A stretch of DNA of 64,000 nucleotides from an uncultured Fibrobacterota bacterium. GTDB lineage: Bacteria > Fibrobacterota > Chitinivibrionia > Chitinivibrionales > FEN-1185. A program made the translations under genes and the position numbers. Positions 9,791 through 20,362 of this stretch are shown here, in pieces (the stretch's first letter is position 1; each line of letters starts with the position of its first letter). The DNA lies in the NCBI GenBank assembly GCA_963729895.1, contig CAVSQB010000030.1, positions 21,071-85,070 of the forward strand, in the 5' to 3' direction. The notes under the pieces are model-generated. The model did not search any database. It saw only the letters and a list, made by a program, of their open reading frames with translations, and was not told the DNA's origin.

Positions 9791-11623
9791 ATGTCCGAGT
9801 CCGCAGTCAAAGCACAAAAGGGCCAGTCGGCCGTTGACGCACAGGGGAACAGCGTCGATCTATCGGATTTCGAGGAGAGTTATTACAAGGCCGACGAAGT
9901 CCAGACCACCCTCGAACAGTACAGACAGTCGCTCGAAGGCATCGAAGAAGGAAAGGTGGTTAAGGGACGCATCCTCAAGATCACCGACAAGGAAGTTTTC
10001 GTAGACGTAAACTTCAAATCCGAAGGCATTATTCCCCTTGGCGAATTCAAAGACGTCGCCGCTTACAAAGTAGGGGACGAAATAGACGTTTTTCTGGAAC
10101 AGGTTGAAGACAGCGAAGGACAGCTCATTCTTTCCAAGTCGCGCGCAGATTTCCTGCGCGTCTGGGACCGCATATATCAGGCGTTTGAGAAACAGGAGAC
10201 GGTGGAAGGCCGCATTCTGCGCAGGATCAAGGGAGGCGTTGTCGTGGACCTGTTCGGCGTGGACGCATTTCTGCCCGGTTCGCAAATCGATCTTCGCCAG
10301 ATTCCGGACATGGACTCCCTCATCAACAAGACGTTCAAATTCCGTGTTATCAAGGTCAACAAGGCCCGGCGCAACATTGTGGTGTCCCGGCGCGTGATTC
10401 TCGAAGAGGACCGTAACCAGCAGCGGGAAAAGATCCTTGCCGAATTGGAAAAGGGCCAGATCCGCGAAGGGGCCGTGAAGAACATCACCGATTTCGGCGC
10501 CTTTATCGATCTGGGCGGCGTGGACGGCCTGCTGCACATTACCGACATGTCGTGGGGACGCGTCAACCATCCATCGGAGATCGTGGCGCTCGGCGACAAG
10601 GTGAAAGTCAAGGTACTCGATTTCAACGAAAACAAAGAGCGTATTTCCCTTGGTCTCAAACAGCTTACCGAGCATCCATGGAAGGGCATCGAGGACAAAT
10701 TCCCCGAAGGTTCTCGCGTTCGCGGCAAGATCGTGTCCATCACCGACTACGGCGCGTTCATGGAACTGGAAAAAGGGATCGAAGGCCTTATCCACATTTC
10801 CGAAATGTCGTGGACGCAGCACATCAAGCACCCGTCGAAAATCGTGGGAATCGGCGACATTGTTGAGGCCGCGGTTCTCAAGGTTGATAAGGAGAACCAG
10901 AAGATATCGCTCGGGTTCAAACAGCTTGAGCCCGATCCGTGGAGCAACGTGACCGCCGAATTCCCGTTAGGCAGCGTGGCAAAAGGCAAAGTGAGAAACA
11001 TCGCTGCGTTCGGAGCGTTTGTGGAACTCAAGGAAGGCGTCGACGGCCTTGTTCACATTTCCGATATGTCGTGGACAAAGAAGGTAAACCATCCCGGAGA
11101 GCTGTTGCGCAAGGGCGACACCGTCGACGTGAAGGTGCTTGATATCGACGTCGAAAAGCGCAGGATTTCCCTCGGCATAAAGCAGCTCTCCGAGGATCCT
11201 TGGGCCGACCTTGCCAAAGAGTACGGTGTCGGCACCGAGGCTGAAGCCGAAGTGGCGCGCATTCTGGACCGCGGCATGATCGTAAATCTGTCGGCAACGG
11301 TGGAAGGGTTCATTCCGCTCAACCAGCTCGGCCAGAGCGTCAACCATCCTTCCGAGGTATACAAAGTGGGCGACAAGGTCCCTGCCAAGGTCGTTGAATT
11401 CGACATGGAGGGCAGAAAGATCATTCTCAGCATATCCGATTATTTCAAGGACAAAGAGGAATCTTTGTGGAAGGACTACGAGGCTGCGCACGTGCCGAAA
11501 AAAATCGTCAAGGCCGAAAAAGCCGAAGTCCATTCCAAGGCTGGCGAAGAGGGCGAGAAGGTTGAGAAAAAGCCCAAGGAAAAGGAAGAGAAGGCGGAGA
11601 ACGAAGAAAAGGTCCCGGAATAA
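9791..11623 (+). CDS. rpsA: 30S ribosomal protein S1
   Basis: Six S1 repeats (FLPGSQ, DFGAFIDLGGVDGLLHITDMSW, etc.); AGGAG at 9781. Confidence 0.97.
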   Translation: MSESAVKAQKGQSAVDAQGNSVDLSDFEESYYKADEVQTTLEQYRQSLEGIEEGKVVKGRILKITDKEVFVDVNFKSEGIIPLGEFKDVAAYKVGDEIDVFLEQVEDSEGQLILSKSRADFLRVWDRIYQAFEKQETVEGRILRRIKGGVVVDLFGVDAFLPGSQIDLRQIPDMDSLINKTFKFRVIKVNKARRNIVVSRRVILEEDRNQQREKILAELEKGQIREGAVKNITDFGAFIDLGGVDGLLHITDMSWGRVNHPSEIVALGDKVKVKVLDFNENKERISLGLKQLTEHPWKGIEDKFPEGSRVRGKIVSITDYGAFMELEKGIEGLIHISEMSWTQHIKHPSKIVGIGDIVEAAVLKVDKENQKISLGFKQLEPDPWSNVTAEFPLGSVAKGKVRNIAAFGAFVELKEGVDGLVHISDMSWTKKVNHPGELLRKGDTVDVKVLDIDVEKRRISLGIKQLSEDPWADLAKEYGVGTEAEAEVARILDRGMIVNLSATVEGFIPLNQLGQSVNHPSEVYKVGDKVPAKVVEFDMEGRKIILSISDYFKDKEESLWKDYEAAHVPKKIVKAEKAEVHSKAGEEGEKVEKKPKEKEEKAENEEKVPE

Positions 11624-11655
11624 TTTCTCGCAGTGCCGGTTTGAGTGAATGTGCG

Positions 11656-11697
11656 GAGCGACGGCGGGACGATGAGTTCCGCCGTCGCTCTTGTTTT
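11656..11697 (+). terminator. intrinsic terminator after rpsA
   Basis: GAGCGACGGCGGGAC / GTTCCGCCGTCGCTC stem followed by TTGTTTT. Confidence 0.75.
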
Positions 11698-11722
11698 AGC
11701 GGAGTGGCTTCACCGCAGGCGC

Positions 11723-12922
11723 CTACTGGATCGCGCCGACCAGGTTGAAAATCGGAAGGTACATGGCAATAAGCATTCCGCCGCAAACCACGCCCATCAC
11801 CACGATCATGATCGGCTCGATTATCGATGTAAGGGCGGAAACGGCTGCCTCCACTTCCTCATTGTAAAATTCCGATACTTTTGCAAGCATGCCCGAAAGA
11901 TCGCCGGTTTTCTCGCCAACCGCAATCATTTGGATGACCATGGGCGGGAAAACCCCCGTTTCCCTCAACGGTTCCGCAATCGTGAGACCGCCGGAAATTC
12001 GTTCGGTGGTGCGAACAAGACCCTTTTCAAGCACTCTGTTGCCGGCGGTCTTGGCGGTAATCCGCAGGGCTTCCAGAATGGTAACGCCGCTGGTTAGTAA
12101 CGTCGAAAGGGTCTGCGAAAATCTGCTTATGGAGGTCTTTCTCTCCAGATCGCCAAAAATGGGAATACGCAGCTTCAGCGCGTCGATGTTGTATCTCCCG
12201 CTGTCCGTCCTGTAATACATGACCAGAGCTACCGCGGCTCCAACCGTACCCAGTAAAATCAAGGGAAGAAAATGGCGGAAGAAATTTGAGATTCCCATTA
12301 CGATTCTTGTAGGCAGGGGTAATTCACCGCCCAGGTCGATGAACATCTGCGCAAACGTCGGGATAATAAAGGTGAGCATCACCGCGGTCATTCCGACGGC
12401 AATCAACGCCACAATGGCGGGGTAGGTGAGGGCGCCCACGACCTTACGCTTCAATTTGTCCGCACTTTCCTGGTATTGCGCGAGGCGGTTGAGCACCCCG
12501 TCAAGGTTGCCCGACGCTTCGCCTGCCGAAACCATGTTGCAATATAGTGAGTTAAAAATTTGAGGATGCTTGGAAAGCGCCTCGGCGAGGCTGCTTCCTA
12601 CCTGGATATCCGATGATACCTGTTGGATTTTCTGCGAAAAGGTTTTGTTCTCGGTCTGGGACACCAGAATGTCGAGACATTGGACAAGGGGAAGGCCCGA
12701 CGAGGTCATCGCGGCCAACTGCCGCGTAAATCGACTGAGATCCTGCAGTTTTACCTGCGAGAACGTCGGAAGGGCAAACGACGCCTGTTTTGGCCGTATG
12801 GAAACGGCCCGTACTTTCTTTTTGCGCAACAGGCCGATAACTTCGTTCTTGCTGGCCGCCTGCACTTCGCCTTTCACCTGCTGGCCGTTGGAAGAAACTC
12901 CAACATAGACAAATCGTGGCAT
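11723..12922 (-). CDS. pilC: type IV pilus platform protein (T2SS F family)
   Basis: FTRQLA..SGLPL, AGEASGNLD, ALTYP, GEKTGDL, IEPIMI, AMYLPIF; follows pilT. Confidence 0.92.
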   Translation of the reverse strand: MPRFVYVGVSSNGQQVKGEVQAASKNEVIGLLRKKKVRAVSIRPKQASFALPTFSQVKLQDLSRFTRQLAAMTSSGLPLVQCLDILVSQTENKTFSQKIQQVSSDIQVGSSLAEALSKHPQIFNSLYCNMVSAGEASGNLDGVLNRLAQYQESADKLKRKVVGALTYPAIVALIAVGMTAVMLTFIIPTFAQMFIDLGGELPLPTRIVMGISNFFRHFLPLILLGTVGAAVALVMYYRTDSGRYNIDALKLRIPIFGDLERKTSISRFSQTLSTLLTSGVTILEALRITAKTAGNRVLEKGLVRTTERISGGLTIAEPLRETGVFPPMVIQMIAVGEKTGDLSGMLAKVSEFYNEEVEAAVSALTSIIEPIMIVVMGVVCGGMLIAMYLPIFNLVGAIQ

Positions 12923-12982
12923 TGTAAGCTCCAAAGTCTTTATGTCAAAAGAGTTCCGCTTCGCAGTGGGCGATGCTGTACT

Positions 12983-14038
12983 TTACCCGCCGAGAAGTTT
13001 CTGCAGCCCCTCCGGGTCAGGCGTGCTGCCCAGGGCGTCCTTCATGGATATGTGCCCCTTGCTGAACAGTCGCGCAAGGTCCTGGTTCATTGTCTGCATC
13101 CCGTATTTCTGTCCGATTTCCAGCATTCCCTGCATCTGGTGCACCTTGTCGTCGCGAATGAGAGAACGGATTGCCGTGTTTGCGACCAGCACTTCGGCCG
13201 CGACAGCGCGTCCTCCGCCGATTTTTGGAACAAGGGTTTGGCTTACCACGGCCTCGAGCACCATGGCGAGCTGGGCACGGATTGTTGATTTCTGCTCTGC
13301 CGGAAACACATCGATGATACGGTTAATGGATTTAGTGGCCGAATTCGTGTGGAGCGTCGCAAGCGTGAGGTGGCCCGTTTCCGCAATAGAAAGCGCAGCC
13401 TGGATGGTTTCCAGGTCGCGCATTTCGCCGATGAGCACAACGTCGGGGTCTTGCCGCAGAGCAACGCGAAGCGCGCTGCCGAAGGTTTCTGTGTCCTGGT
13501 GCACCTCGCGCTGGTTCACGATGCATTTCTTGTGCTGGTGAACGAATTCTATGGGGTCTTCGACGGTAAGGATGTGGCCTTCGAGCTCGAGATTGATTTT
13601 GTCAACCATGGCCGCCAACGTGGTGCTCTTGCCGCTGCCGGTGGGGCCGGTTACAAGAATGAGACCGTTGGGCTTCTCGGTAAGTTTGCCCACGATGGTA
13701 GGCAGGCCGAGCTTCTCAAGAGGCTGAATCAGATATGGTATCTGCCTGAACGCTCCGGAGGCGCAGCCGCGCTGGAGAAACACGTTTGCCCGGAATCGGG
13801 AAAGGTTCTGTACGCCAAAGGAAAAATCGACTTCTTTTTTTTGTTCAAAGATTTTCTTCTGCTGCTCGGTCATCACACTGTAGGCAAGCTTAAGGATCTG
13901 GTCGGCGTTGAGTTTGTCTGCGCTCATGGGCCTTAGTCTGCCGTCGACCCGGAACAGGGGAGACGATCCGGCGGTGAGATGAAGGTCCGACGCAAACAAG
14001 TCGATCATCTGCTTGAGCAATTCATGCATTGTTGCCAT
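12983..14038 (-). CDS. pilT: type IV pilus retraction ATPase
   Basis: ASDLHL, GPTGSGKSTT, EDPIEF, ALRQDPDVVLIGEMRD, TLHT and AIRSLIRD (AIRNLIRE-like). Confidence 0.96.
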   Translation of the reverse strand: MATMHELLKQMIDLFASDLHLTAGSSPLFRVDGRLRPMSADKLNADQILKLAYSVMTEQQKKIFEQKKEVDFSFGVQNLSRFRANVFLQRGCASGAFRQIPYLIQPLEKLGLPTIVGKLTEKPNGLILVTGPTGSGKSTTLAAMVDKINLELEGHILTVEDPIEFVHQHKKCIVNQREVHQDTETFGSALRVALRQDPDVVLIGEMRDLETIQAALSIAETGHLTLATLHTNSATKSINRIIDVFPAEQKSTIRAQLAMVLEAVVSQTLVPKIGGGRAVAAEVLVANTAIRSLIRDDKVHQMQGMLEIGQKYGMQTMNQDLARLFSKGHISMKDALGSTPDPEGLQKLLGG

Positions 14039-14186
14039 AGAGTTATGAAATTACTTCCGAGAATGTGAGAAATAAACAACTTTGCGCTTTTTGTTGAAAC
14101 AGGTGGTCTTGCTTCTACAAAAAGATGATACCGTGATCACCGTCGTTTTGCAAGAGTTTTGGTTTTGGAACATTGGCAGGACGTGC

Positions 14187-14215
14187 TTGACTTGCCGATC
14201 AGGCGGATTTATTAT
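14187..14215 (+). promoter_or_regulatory. putative promoter of the SPOR gene
   Basis: TTGACT-N17-TATTAT. Confidence 0.5.
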
Positions 14216-14295
14216 TACAAGGTTACCATTTTCGTGCGGCTGCAGACTGCGGCGGCATTCCTCTATTTTGTTAAAGAAGAAAGGTGCACTGCTCC

Positions 14296-14802
14296 ATGTC
14301 CGCAAAGTACTTCCGTCATTCGTGTGTCGCTATGATACTCATTATCATGAATTCGAATTATGCGATGTCGAAACGGCCGCAGGACGGCGAAACACAGGGA
14401 CACAAGATCGTGCTTGCCCTTAATGACAAGCCCGGCGGCAAAACATTTCTCGACACGCTGAATATGGGCAGGGAAATGTATCTTACGGACAGGGATTTCA
14501 ATCCGATAATGGCCGAGACAACAGAGATTGTGAATGACAAAGGCGGAAAGTTGGAAGTGCCGGACGGGTTCCGCATCCAATGTTTCGCATCGAGCCAGAT
14601 AGAGCGGGTGCGCGCCGAACAAAAAGTCATCGAATCCAAAGCGCATTATCCGGTATACATTGTCTTTGCTTCACCGTACTACAAGCTGCTCGTGGGTGAT
14701 TTTGTCAAACGGGCGGATGCCGACGTCGCGGCAGGCAGAATGAAAGAACTTGGCTACGCCGATTCGTGGGTGATGCGAACAAAAATATGGGCAAAACCGT
14801 GA
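14296..14802 (+). CDS. SPOR-domain (peptidoglycan-binding) protein
   Basis: GFRIQCFAS...PYYKLLVGDF..R.DA...GY.DSWV SPOR pattern; start codon uncertain. Confidence 0.8.
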   Translation: MSAKYFRHSCVAMILIIMNSNYAMSKRPQDGETQGHKIVLALNDKPGGKTFLDTLNMGREMYLTDRDFNPIMAETTEIVNDKGGKLEVPDGFRIQCFASSQIERVRAEQKVIESKAHYPVYIVFASPYYKLLVGDFVKRADADVAAGRMKELGYADSWVMRTKIWAKP

Positions 14803-14836
14803 TCGGTGATGCAAGCCGGACTCAATGAGCGGTCGC

Positions 14837-15400
14837 TCACTCCTTTTTTAAATCAACGGTAATGATTCCCCGGGAAGAAGCATCCGCCGGAGGCAAGACC
14901 TTTTTGCCTTGCTTGACGGTCTGTTTTGAGGTGTCAATTGTGAGTTTGGCTCCATCGACCAAGGACGCATTGGAAGCAACGGCCGAAGGTGCGGTCTGAG
15001 GAACAGCGGAGCTTCTTACAGAATTCGCAGCATAGGTTGAGGAGGTCTTGGCTTGGTAGAACGCGAATGCAAAGTAGGCTCCAGCGCTCACGCCGAGGGC
15101 GAAAATAAGGGCGGACAATGCTGCGCGTTTCACCCATACCAGGGACAAAAGGAGGCCGATTCCCGTGGGAACCATGCGTCTGGAACAGAGAGATAGTATT
15201 CTTGCGTCGAGGTGGCCGGGAGTTTTTTCGCAGAGGATGTCTTGGGTAAAGAACTGTCCCTTTTCGGCTGTGTACTGGGAAAGTTCGCCGGTGCATGATT
15301 GGCAGGAGGCAAGGTGCTTCGTGAATTCTGTTGTCTGGGACCGGTCCAGCTCTCCGGACGCGAACAACAAACCGATTTCGTCCCACTTACTGCAATCCAT
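14837..15400 (-). CDS. zinc-finger anti-sigma factor with a transmembrane helix
   Basis: N-terminal C...HLASCQSC (HxxxCxxC); hydrophobic segment; overlaps the ECF sigma gene. Confidence 0.85.
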   Translation of the reverse strand: MDCSKWDEIGLLFASGELDRSQTTEFTKHLASCQSCTGELSQYTAEKGQFFTQDILCEKTPGHLDARILSLCSRRMVPTGIGLLLSLVWVKRAALSALIFALGVSAGAYFAFAFYQAKTSSTYAANSVRSSAVPQTAPSAVASNASLVDGAKLTIDTSKQTVKQGKKVLPPADASSRGIITVDLKKE

Positions 15401-15950
15401 GAATACCCCTTTTTTTAAGTTCTTTCCTGATATTTTTCAAAGCAAGCCGCATTCTGCCCAGTGCGGTGTTGATGGGGCAGTTCATTATTTGCGCTATGTC
15501 TTTGAAAGGCACATCGCCTAACTCCCGGAGAAGAAACACTTCCCGCTGCATCGGCTCAAGCGTATTTACCGCTTCGTTGATAACGGCATTGAGCTGCTTG
15601 TTCGACAGACCCATGTCCGGAAGATCCGGCCCTTTTCCCAAAGATCTATCGGTATCGAGAAGATGCTCATTTTCAACTTTCACATGCCGGAAGTAGTCGA
15701 TGGTGCGTTTATGCGCAATCCCGAAAATCCAACTGAGAAAATTCCGCTCCCGGTCGAACTGCTGAGCGTTGCGCATTGCTGCCAGAAAGGTGTCTTGCAA
15801 AAGGTCTTCCGCAATTTCTCTCTCCCCGGTCATCCTCACCAGAAAACCGAATACCCGGTTCTTATACCGTTCGTAGAGCGCGGAAAACCCCGCTATATCA
15901 CCTTTCATCCAATTATCAAAGAGAACATAATCATCCAGTAAACTATCCAT
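15387..15950 (-). CDS. ECF sigma-70 factor
   Basis: LYERY, AEDLLQDTF, SWIFGIA, REVFLLR...FKDIA...INTALGRMR. Confidence 0.93.
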   Translation of the reverse strand: MDSLLDDYVLFDNWMKGDIAGFSALYERYKNRVFGFLVRMTGEREIAEDLLQDTFLAAMRNAQQFDRERNFLSWIFGIAHKRTIDYFRHVKVENEHLLDTDRSLGKGPDLPDMGLSNKQLNAVINEAVNTLEPMQREVFLLRELGDVPFKDIAQIMNCPINTALGRMRLALKNIRKELKKRGIHGLQ

Positions 15951-15996
15951 AAATACGTTCGTTGCAAAAAAAATATTGCATTCTATTTTAAGGTTT

Positions 15997-16464
15997 TTAT
16001 AAGAGACCCAGGTCGGTCATGGCACAGGCGTAAGCATCTTTCTTAAAATATACTATTTTGTCAAGAACCGTTTGAGCCGTCTCCCAGGAAAAAGAATCGA
16101 ACTCCGCCGGCTCCAGGGCGAAACTGATCGACGCATCGTCACCCGAGAATTCAGTAAGCACCCACTGCTGAGATTGGCCCCGAAAGGTCTGGTGTTTGTG
16201 CACGAGACCTTTCGGAAAATTGTAGGTATAAGGTCCAGCCGCAATCTTGATTACTGTAACATCTTTCAGGCCGGTTTCCTCAAAAAGCTCGCGTCGCATT
16301 TCGGAAACCAAGTCTGCGCCCGGCCGAAGTCCTCCCTGTGGAAACTGCCACCCCTGTCCCGGGCCAAGCCCTTTCCTGTGGCACACAAGAAGCAGGTTGG
16401 TGCCGGCTTTGCGGACCACAACGCATACGTTGCGGCGATACCTGGCCATGCTTAGTGCATCCAC
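15997..16464 (-). CDS. rppH: RNA pyrophosphohydrolase-like Nudix hydrolase
   Basis: YRRNV, WQFPQGG, RELFEETG Nudix box, FRGQSQQW, EFD..W, IVYFK. Confidence 0.8.
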   Translation of the reverse strand: MDALSMARYRRNVCVVVRKAGTNLLLVCHRKGLGPGQGWQFPQGGLRPGADLVSEMRRELFEETGLKDVTVIKIAAGPYTYNFPKGLVHKHQTFRGQSQQWVLTEFSGDDASISFALEPAEFDSFSWETAQTVLDKIVYFKKDAYACAMTDLGLL

Positions 16465-16467
16465 CGG

Positions 16468-19400
16468 CTAGCGTTTCGCGTTTTTCGCTTCCTCCTTAAT
16501 TTCGGCATTGTTCGGGTCGAGCTGGATCGCCTTATCGAGATTTTGCAGGTACAAGGCATTGTTCTTCTGCATCTTAGCCAGTCTCGCAAGCCCCAGATAA
16601 GCCAAGGCGTAATTCGGGTCTGCCCGGAGCGCGCGCTCGAAAAACGTCTTTGCCCATTGCGGCTTGTTCTGCTGCATATGAACGTCCGCACGCTCGTAGA
16701 GCGCCGGCGCGTAATTGGGGTTGATATATGATATTTCCTTGTATGTCTCTACTGCGGGATCGAGTTTCTTTTGGGCGCGCTGGGCACGGGCGAGAACCAT
16801 GAGAGCTTCGATATTTTCCGGGTCCGTCGCCTTAATGTCTTCAACGGCGTCCTCCGCTTCCTTGAATTTCCCGTCGTCGTACAGGCTTTGCGCATAGGAC
16901 AGTAGGATTTTGTTGTCCCGTTTGATGCCGATGAGCTGCTTCATTTCCTCAATGGCCTTCTTGTTCTGGTCGGTCTTCTTGTACAAATCGACAAGCTGGA
17001 GCCTGATGTCGGTATCGTCGGGCTTGAGAGCCTTTGCCTTGACTAGAACGTCTATCGCGTCCTTGGGACGGTTGGTCTTGATATATCCCATAGCAAGGAG
17101 GGTCATTATTTCCGGATCTTTGGACGAAAGGGTGTTTGCCATCTCAAGGTATACCATGGCATCCGTCACGGAGCCGCCTTTCAAGAGAAGCATGCCGAGT
17201 CTCTTGTTTGCATCAAGGTTCTGCGGATCCAGGGTGATGAGTTTCTTGTACGCGTCAAGCTCGCCCCGTTCGTTCCCGAGTTTGTTGTACACCTGGGCCA
17301 TTTCGATCCACATTGCAGGAATGGTATCCGCGATGGCGGATGCTTTTTTGAGCAAGGTGGCCGACTTCGACAAGGTGGCCTTGTCTTTTGCGTACAGAAT
17401 GCCGAGCCGGAGCATGTTGCGGTAGTCGGAAGGAAACTGGGTCACGTTTTCTTCATAGATTTTCCGGGCGCGCTGCGGATTCACCTTTTCCTGGAGAAAT
17501 CCGGCCTTGTATGCCACATCAGGGTCTTTTGCACCGGGCAGCATCAAATAAGCGGAATACATGTCCACTGCGCTTTGAATATTGTTGTCTTTCTCGTACG
17601 ATTCGGCAAGAAGCTTGAGAACCTTCTTGATTCCCGGAACAGCAGGTTTACGGAGCCGTAACCCTTCGTAGATTTCCTGTGCCTTCTTGTTGTTGCCGGC
17701 AAGATAGTAGCTTTCGCCTGCGGCCATGAGATAATCGATATCATTGGCGCCTTTTTCCTTCACAAGATCAAAGTACTTCACCGCTTCTTGGGGCTGTTTC
17801 TTCTGGTACAGGGCCATTCCCACGTTCTTCGCAACTTCCTGGTCCCCGGGAACCTTTTCGAGATATTTTTTGTACACGCTGATGGCTTGGTCGTTCCTTC
17901 CATCCTTGAGGTACAGATCTCCGAGTTCCTTGTATTCCGCCTCGACCTTGGGGTTCATCATGATTACCTGTTCGAAGGTGATGATCGCGCCGTTGCGGTC
18001 GCCGGTTTTCGCCTGACACTCCGCAAGGGACGAAAGGACGTCAACATTCTGAGGATCCATCTGCATCGCCTTTTGGTACATGTCAAGAGCTTTGCCGAAC
18101 TGATTGCTCTTCTGGTAAATCATGCCGAGGGTGGTGTATGCGCCGACGTCCGCTTCACCCGACCGGATTGCGCCGCTCAGAACGCGGATGACCTCGTCCT
18201 GCTGGCCTTTGGCTATTACGAGCTCCGCATACCGTTTATAGAACCCCTTGATGGTGGGATCGAGTTTGAGGGCGGCACGGTAGGCCGCAAGCGCGCCGTC
18301 CTGATCTTTTAGCTCGTACAGGAGATCGCCAAGGTTGCGCTGTCCAATTGCGTCCGAAGGATTGATGGCGAGATATTTCTTGAGGTACACGCTGGCGCCG
18401 CCTTTATCGCCGCTCTTAATACACAGGTCGTACAGGTTCTTGAACACGTCGGCGTTCTGCGGGGTAAGAACGGACAGTTCTTTGTACATGTCGAAGGCCT
18501 GCTTGTTGTCCTTCTGGTCCAGCGCGAATTTTGCGAGCCGCAGCCTCGAATTCGCATCAGTCTTGTCCATTTCGACAATTTTCTTGTCTGCGCTCGCAAG
18601 TTTCACCTGGTCCCCAAGTTGGTCGTAGCAGGCGGCAAGCTGCTTCCAGTATTCAAGTTCGAATGGCTTCTTTCCAACAAGATATTCGAGCTGGTCTTTT
18701 GCCTCGGCATAATTCTTGTCCTTGAGGTATGCTTTGTAAAGGATATTCCTCGAGTCCATAAGCGACGGATCGATTTTAACCGCCGACTCCGCAGCGTCGC
18801 GGGCCTTGTCCCACTGGCCGATCGCTGATGCGGCAATTGCGATCCCCTCGGCCGACTTGGCGCCGTGGTCGAGTAAGTAACATTTCTCGAAATACTTGAG
18901 CGCCTCGGAATTCTTCTTCCCCTTCAGGTTATACATGCCGAGCGTCATATATACCTTGGGGTCGTTCGGATTGAGCGACATCATCTTTTCGTAGGTGGAT
19001 TTCGCTTTGTCGCTCATGCCGTTCTTTTCGTACAAATCGGCCAGCCTTGCCGTGGCTTCGATGTTGTTCGGGTTAAGTGCCAGGGCTTTTTCCAGGCTGA
19101 GAATGGCCTTGGCGCTGTTGCCCGAGCCGCTGTATGCGTCGGCAAGCAGGAAGTTCACGTTTTCCACTATTTTTCCCTGCGGGTCCGCGTTTGCAATGAA
19201 CAAAAACTGGCTGAGAGCGGCCTCAAAATTCTTTTTCTCGAGGTTCGCGTTGCCCACTTTGAAACGGGCGATGATTGCTTCGGGCGACGTTGACGTCCCG
19301 AATTTCTCGATTGCCGCCAGGTATGCGCGAATAGCGTTGTCCCCATTCTGGGTTTTCTCGTTGGACACGCCGCGGGTATACTGGTCCATGGCAGTCATTT

Positions 19401-20166
19401 GGGGACTTGCAGCGGTCTTTTCGTATTCACTGGCTGCTGCGAGGAATTTCCCCTTTTTGTAATAACAGCGCGCAAGCTCGATTCCCGCTTCGGCAAGGCC
19501 GGGGTTCTTTGTTGAAGCTTCCTTTAGGTAATTGATTGCGTCGTCGATGCGGTTGAGATCTAAAAGCACCTCGCCGAGCTTGAAAGCAAGATCCGCATCC
19601 GGCTGGGTTGCGTAGGATTTCAGGAGAAGGGGTAACGCGTTGGCGTACTGCTTGTCGTTGTAATAGATGTTGCCTAGTTCGCGGTTCGCGATTGCATTTG
19701 AGGAATCGGATTGAATCACCTTTTCCAGTGCCTTTTTTGCGTCGGCCGGGCGCTTCAATTTGATGCACGCAGAAGCATATTCCCAGCTTGCTTCCGCGGT
19801 GAAATTTACCTCAAGCGCTTTTTGGGCCACCGAAAGAGCGTTGTCGGGCTGGTCGAGCTTGTTGTAGATCCGAGCAGCTCCTTCCATGGATTCGTAATCC
19901 TTGGGATTGAGGCGCCAGGAAACAAGATAGCAGACAAGCGCTTTTTCCGTGAGGCCGAGCGCTTCGTTCGCTTTGCCCAGTTTCACCCAAATATCGGCTG
20001 TTCTGGAAGGCGCCGGAATCTTATCGTCGGCATAGTCGAGAGCGGCCTTATAGTTCTTGTCGCTTATCATCTTGTCAAATGCGTCATCGGCGAGGGACCG
20101 AGTTGCAAAGGTGAAAACGATGAGCAGTCCTGCAACGCCGCACATGACGGGCAACCGGTTGAACAT
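16468..20166 (-). CDS. very large exported tetratricopeptide-repeat protein (about 1230 aa)
   Basis: Signal-peptide-like N-terminus (…GLLIVFTFATRSLA-DD) followed by TPR-like repeats throughout; alternative start at 20217. Confidence 0.88.
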   Translation of the reverse strand: MFNRLPVMCGVAGLLIVFTFATRSLADDAFDKMISDKNYKAALDYADDKIPAPSRTADIWVKLGKANEALGLTEKALVCYLVSWRLNPKDYESMEGAARIYNKLDQPDNALSVAQKALEVNFTAEASWEYASACIKLKRPADAKKALEKVIQSDSSNAIANRELGNIYYNDKQYANALPLLLKSYATQPDADLAFKLGEVLLDLNRIDDAINYLKEASTKNPGLAEAGIELARCYYKKGKFLAAASEYEKTAASPQMTAMDQYTRGVSNEKTQNGDNAIRAYLAAIEKFGTSTSPEAIIARFKVGNANLEKKNFEAALSQFLFIANADPQGKIVENVNFLLADAYSGSGNSAKAILSLEKALALNPNNIEATARLADLYEKNGMSDKAKSTYEKMMSLNPNDPKVYMTLGMYNLKGKKNSEALKYFEKCYLLDHGAKSAEGIAIAASAIGQWDKARDAAESAVKIDPSLMDSRNILYKAYLKDKNYAEAKDQLEYLVGKKPFELEYWKQLAACYDQLGDQVKLASADKKIVEMDKTDANSRLRLAKFALDQKDNKQAFDMYKELSVLTPQNADVFKNLYDLCIKSGDKGGASVYLKKYLAINPSDAIGQRNLGDLLYELKDQDGALAAYRAALKLDPTIKGFYKRYAELVIAKGQQDEVIRVLSGAIRSGEADVGAYTTLGMIYQKSNQFGKALDMYQKAMQMDPQNVDVLSSLAECQAKTGDRNGAIITFEQVIMMNPKVEAEYKELGDLYLKDGRNDQAISVYKKYLEKVPGDQEVAKNVGMALYQKKQPQEAVKYFDLVKEKGANDIDYLMAAGESYYLAGNNKKAQEIYEGLRLRKPAVPGIKKVLKLLAESYEKDNNIQSAVDMYSAYLMLPGAKDPDVAYKAGFLQEKVNPQRARKIYEENVTQFPSDYRNMLRLGILYAKDKATLSKSATLLKKASAIADTIPAMWIEMAQVYNKLGNERGELDAYKKLITLDPQNLDANKRLGMLLLKGGSVTDAMVYLEMANTLSSKDPEIMTLLAMGYIKTNRPKDAIDVLVKAKALKPDDTDIRLQLVDLYKKTDQNKKAIEEMKQLIGIKRDNKILLSYAQSLYDDGKFKEAEDAVEDIKATDPENIEALMVLARAQRAQKKLDPAVETYKEISYINPNYAPALYERADVHMQQNKPQWAKTFFERALRADPNYALAYLGLARLAKMQKNNALYLQNLDKAIQLDPNNAEIKEEAKNAKR

Positions 20167-20283
20167 ACCGCACGCTCCTTTCAGCGAGAATCCAGGGGAA
20201 CTATCGGGCAAGATCATCTACCAGGTTAAAAAAGAACAACTAAAGGGGACCTCTAAAAATTGCCTAATTTGCCCAATTAATGC

Positions 20284-20312
20284 TTGACAAAGGCTATTTC
20301 GTCAATTATTTT
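20284..20312 (+). promoter_or_regulatory. putative transposase promoter
   Basis: TTGACA-N17-TATTTT inside the left end of the IS; GGAGG RBS before ATG 20363. Confidence 0.55.
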
Positions 20313-20362
20313 AATTCCAGACAACAAACCTGCGAACCCACTACCGTCTGGAGGATATTGCG

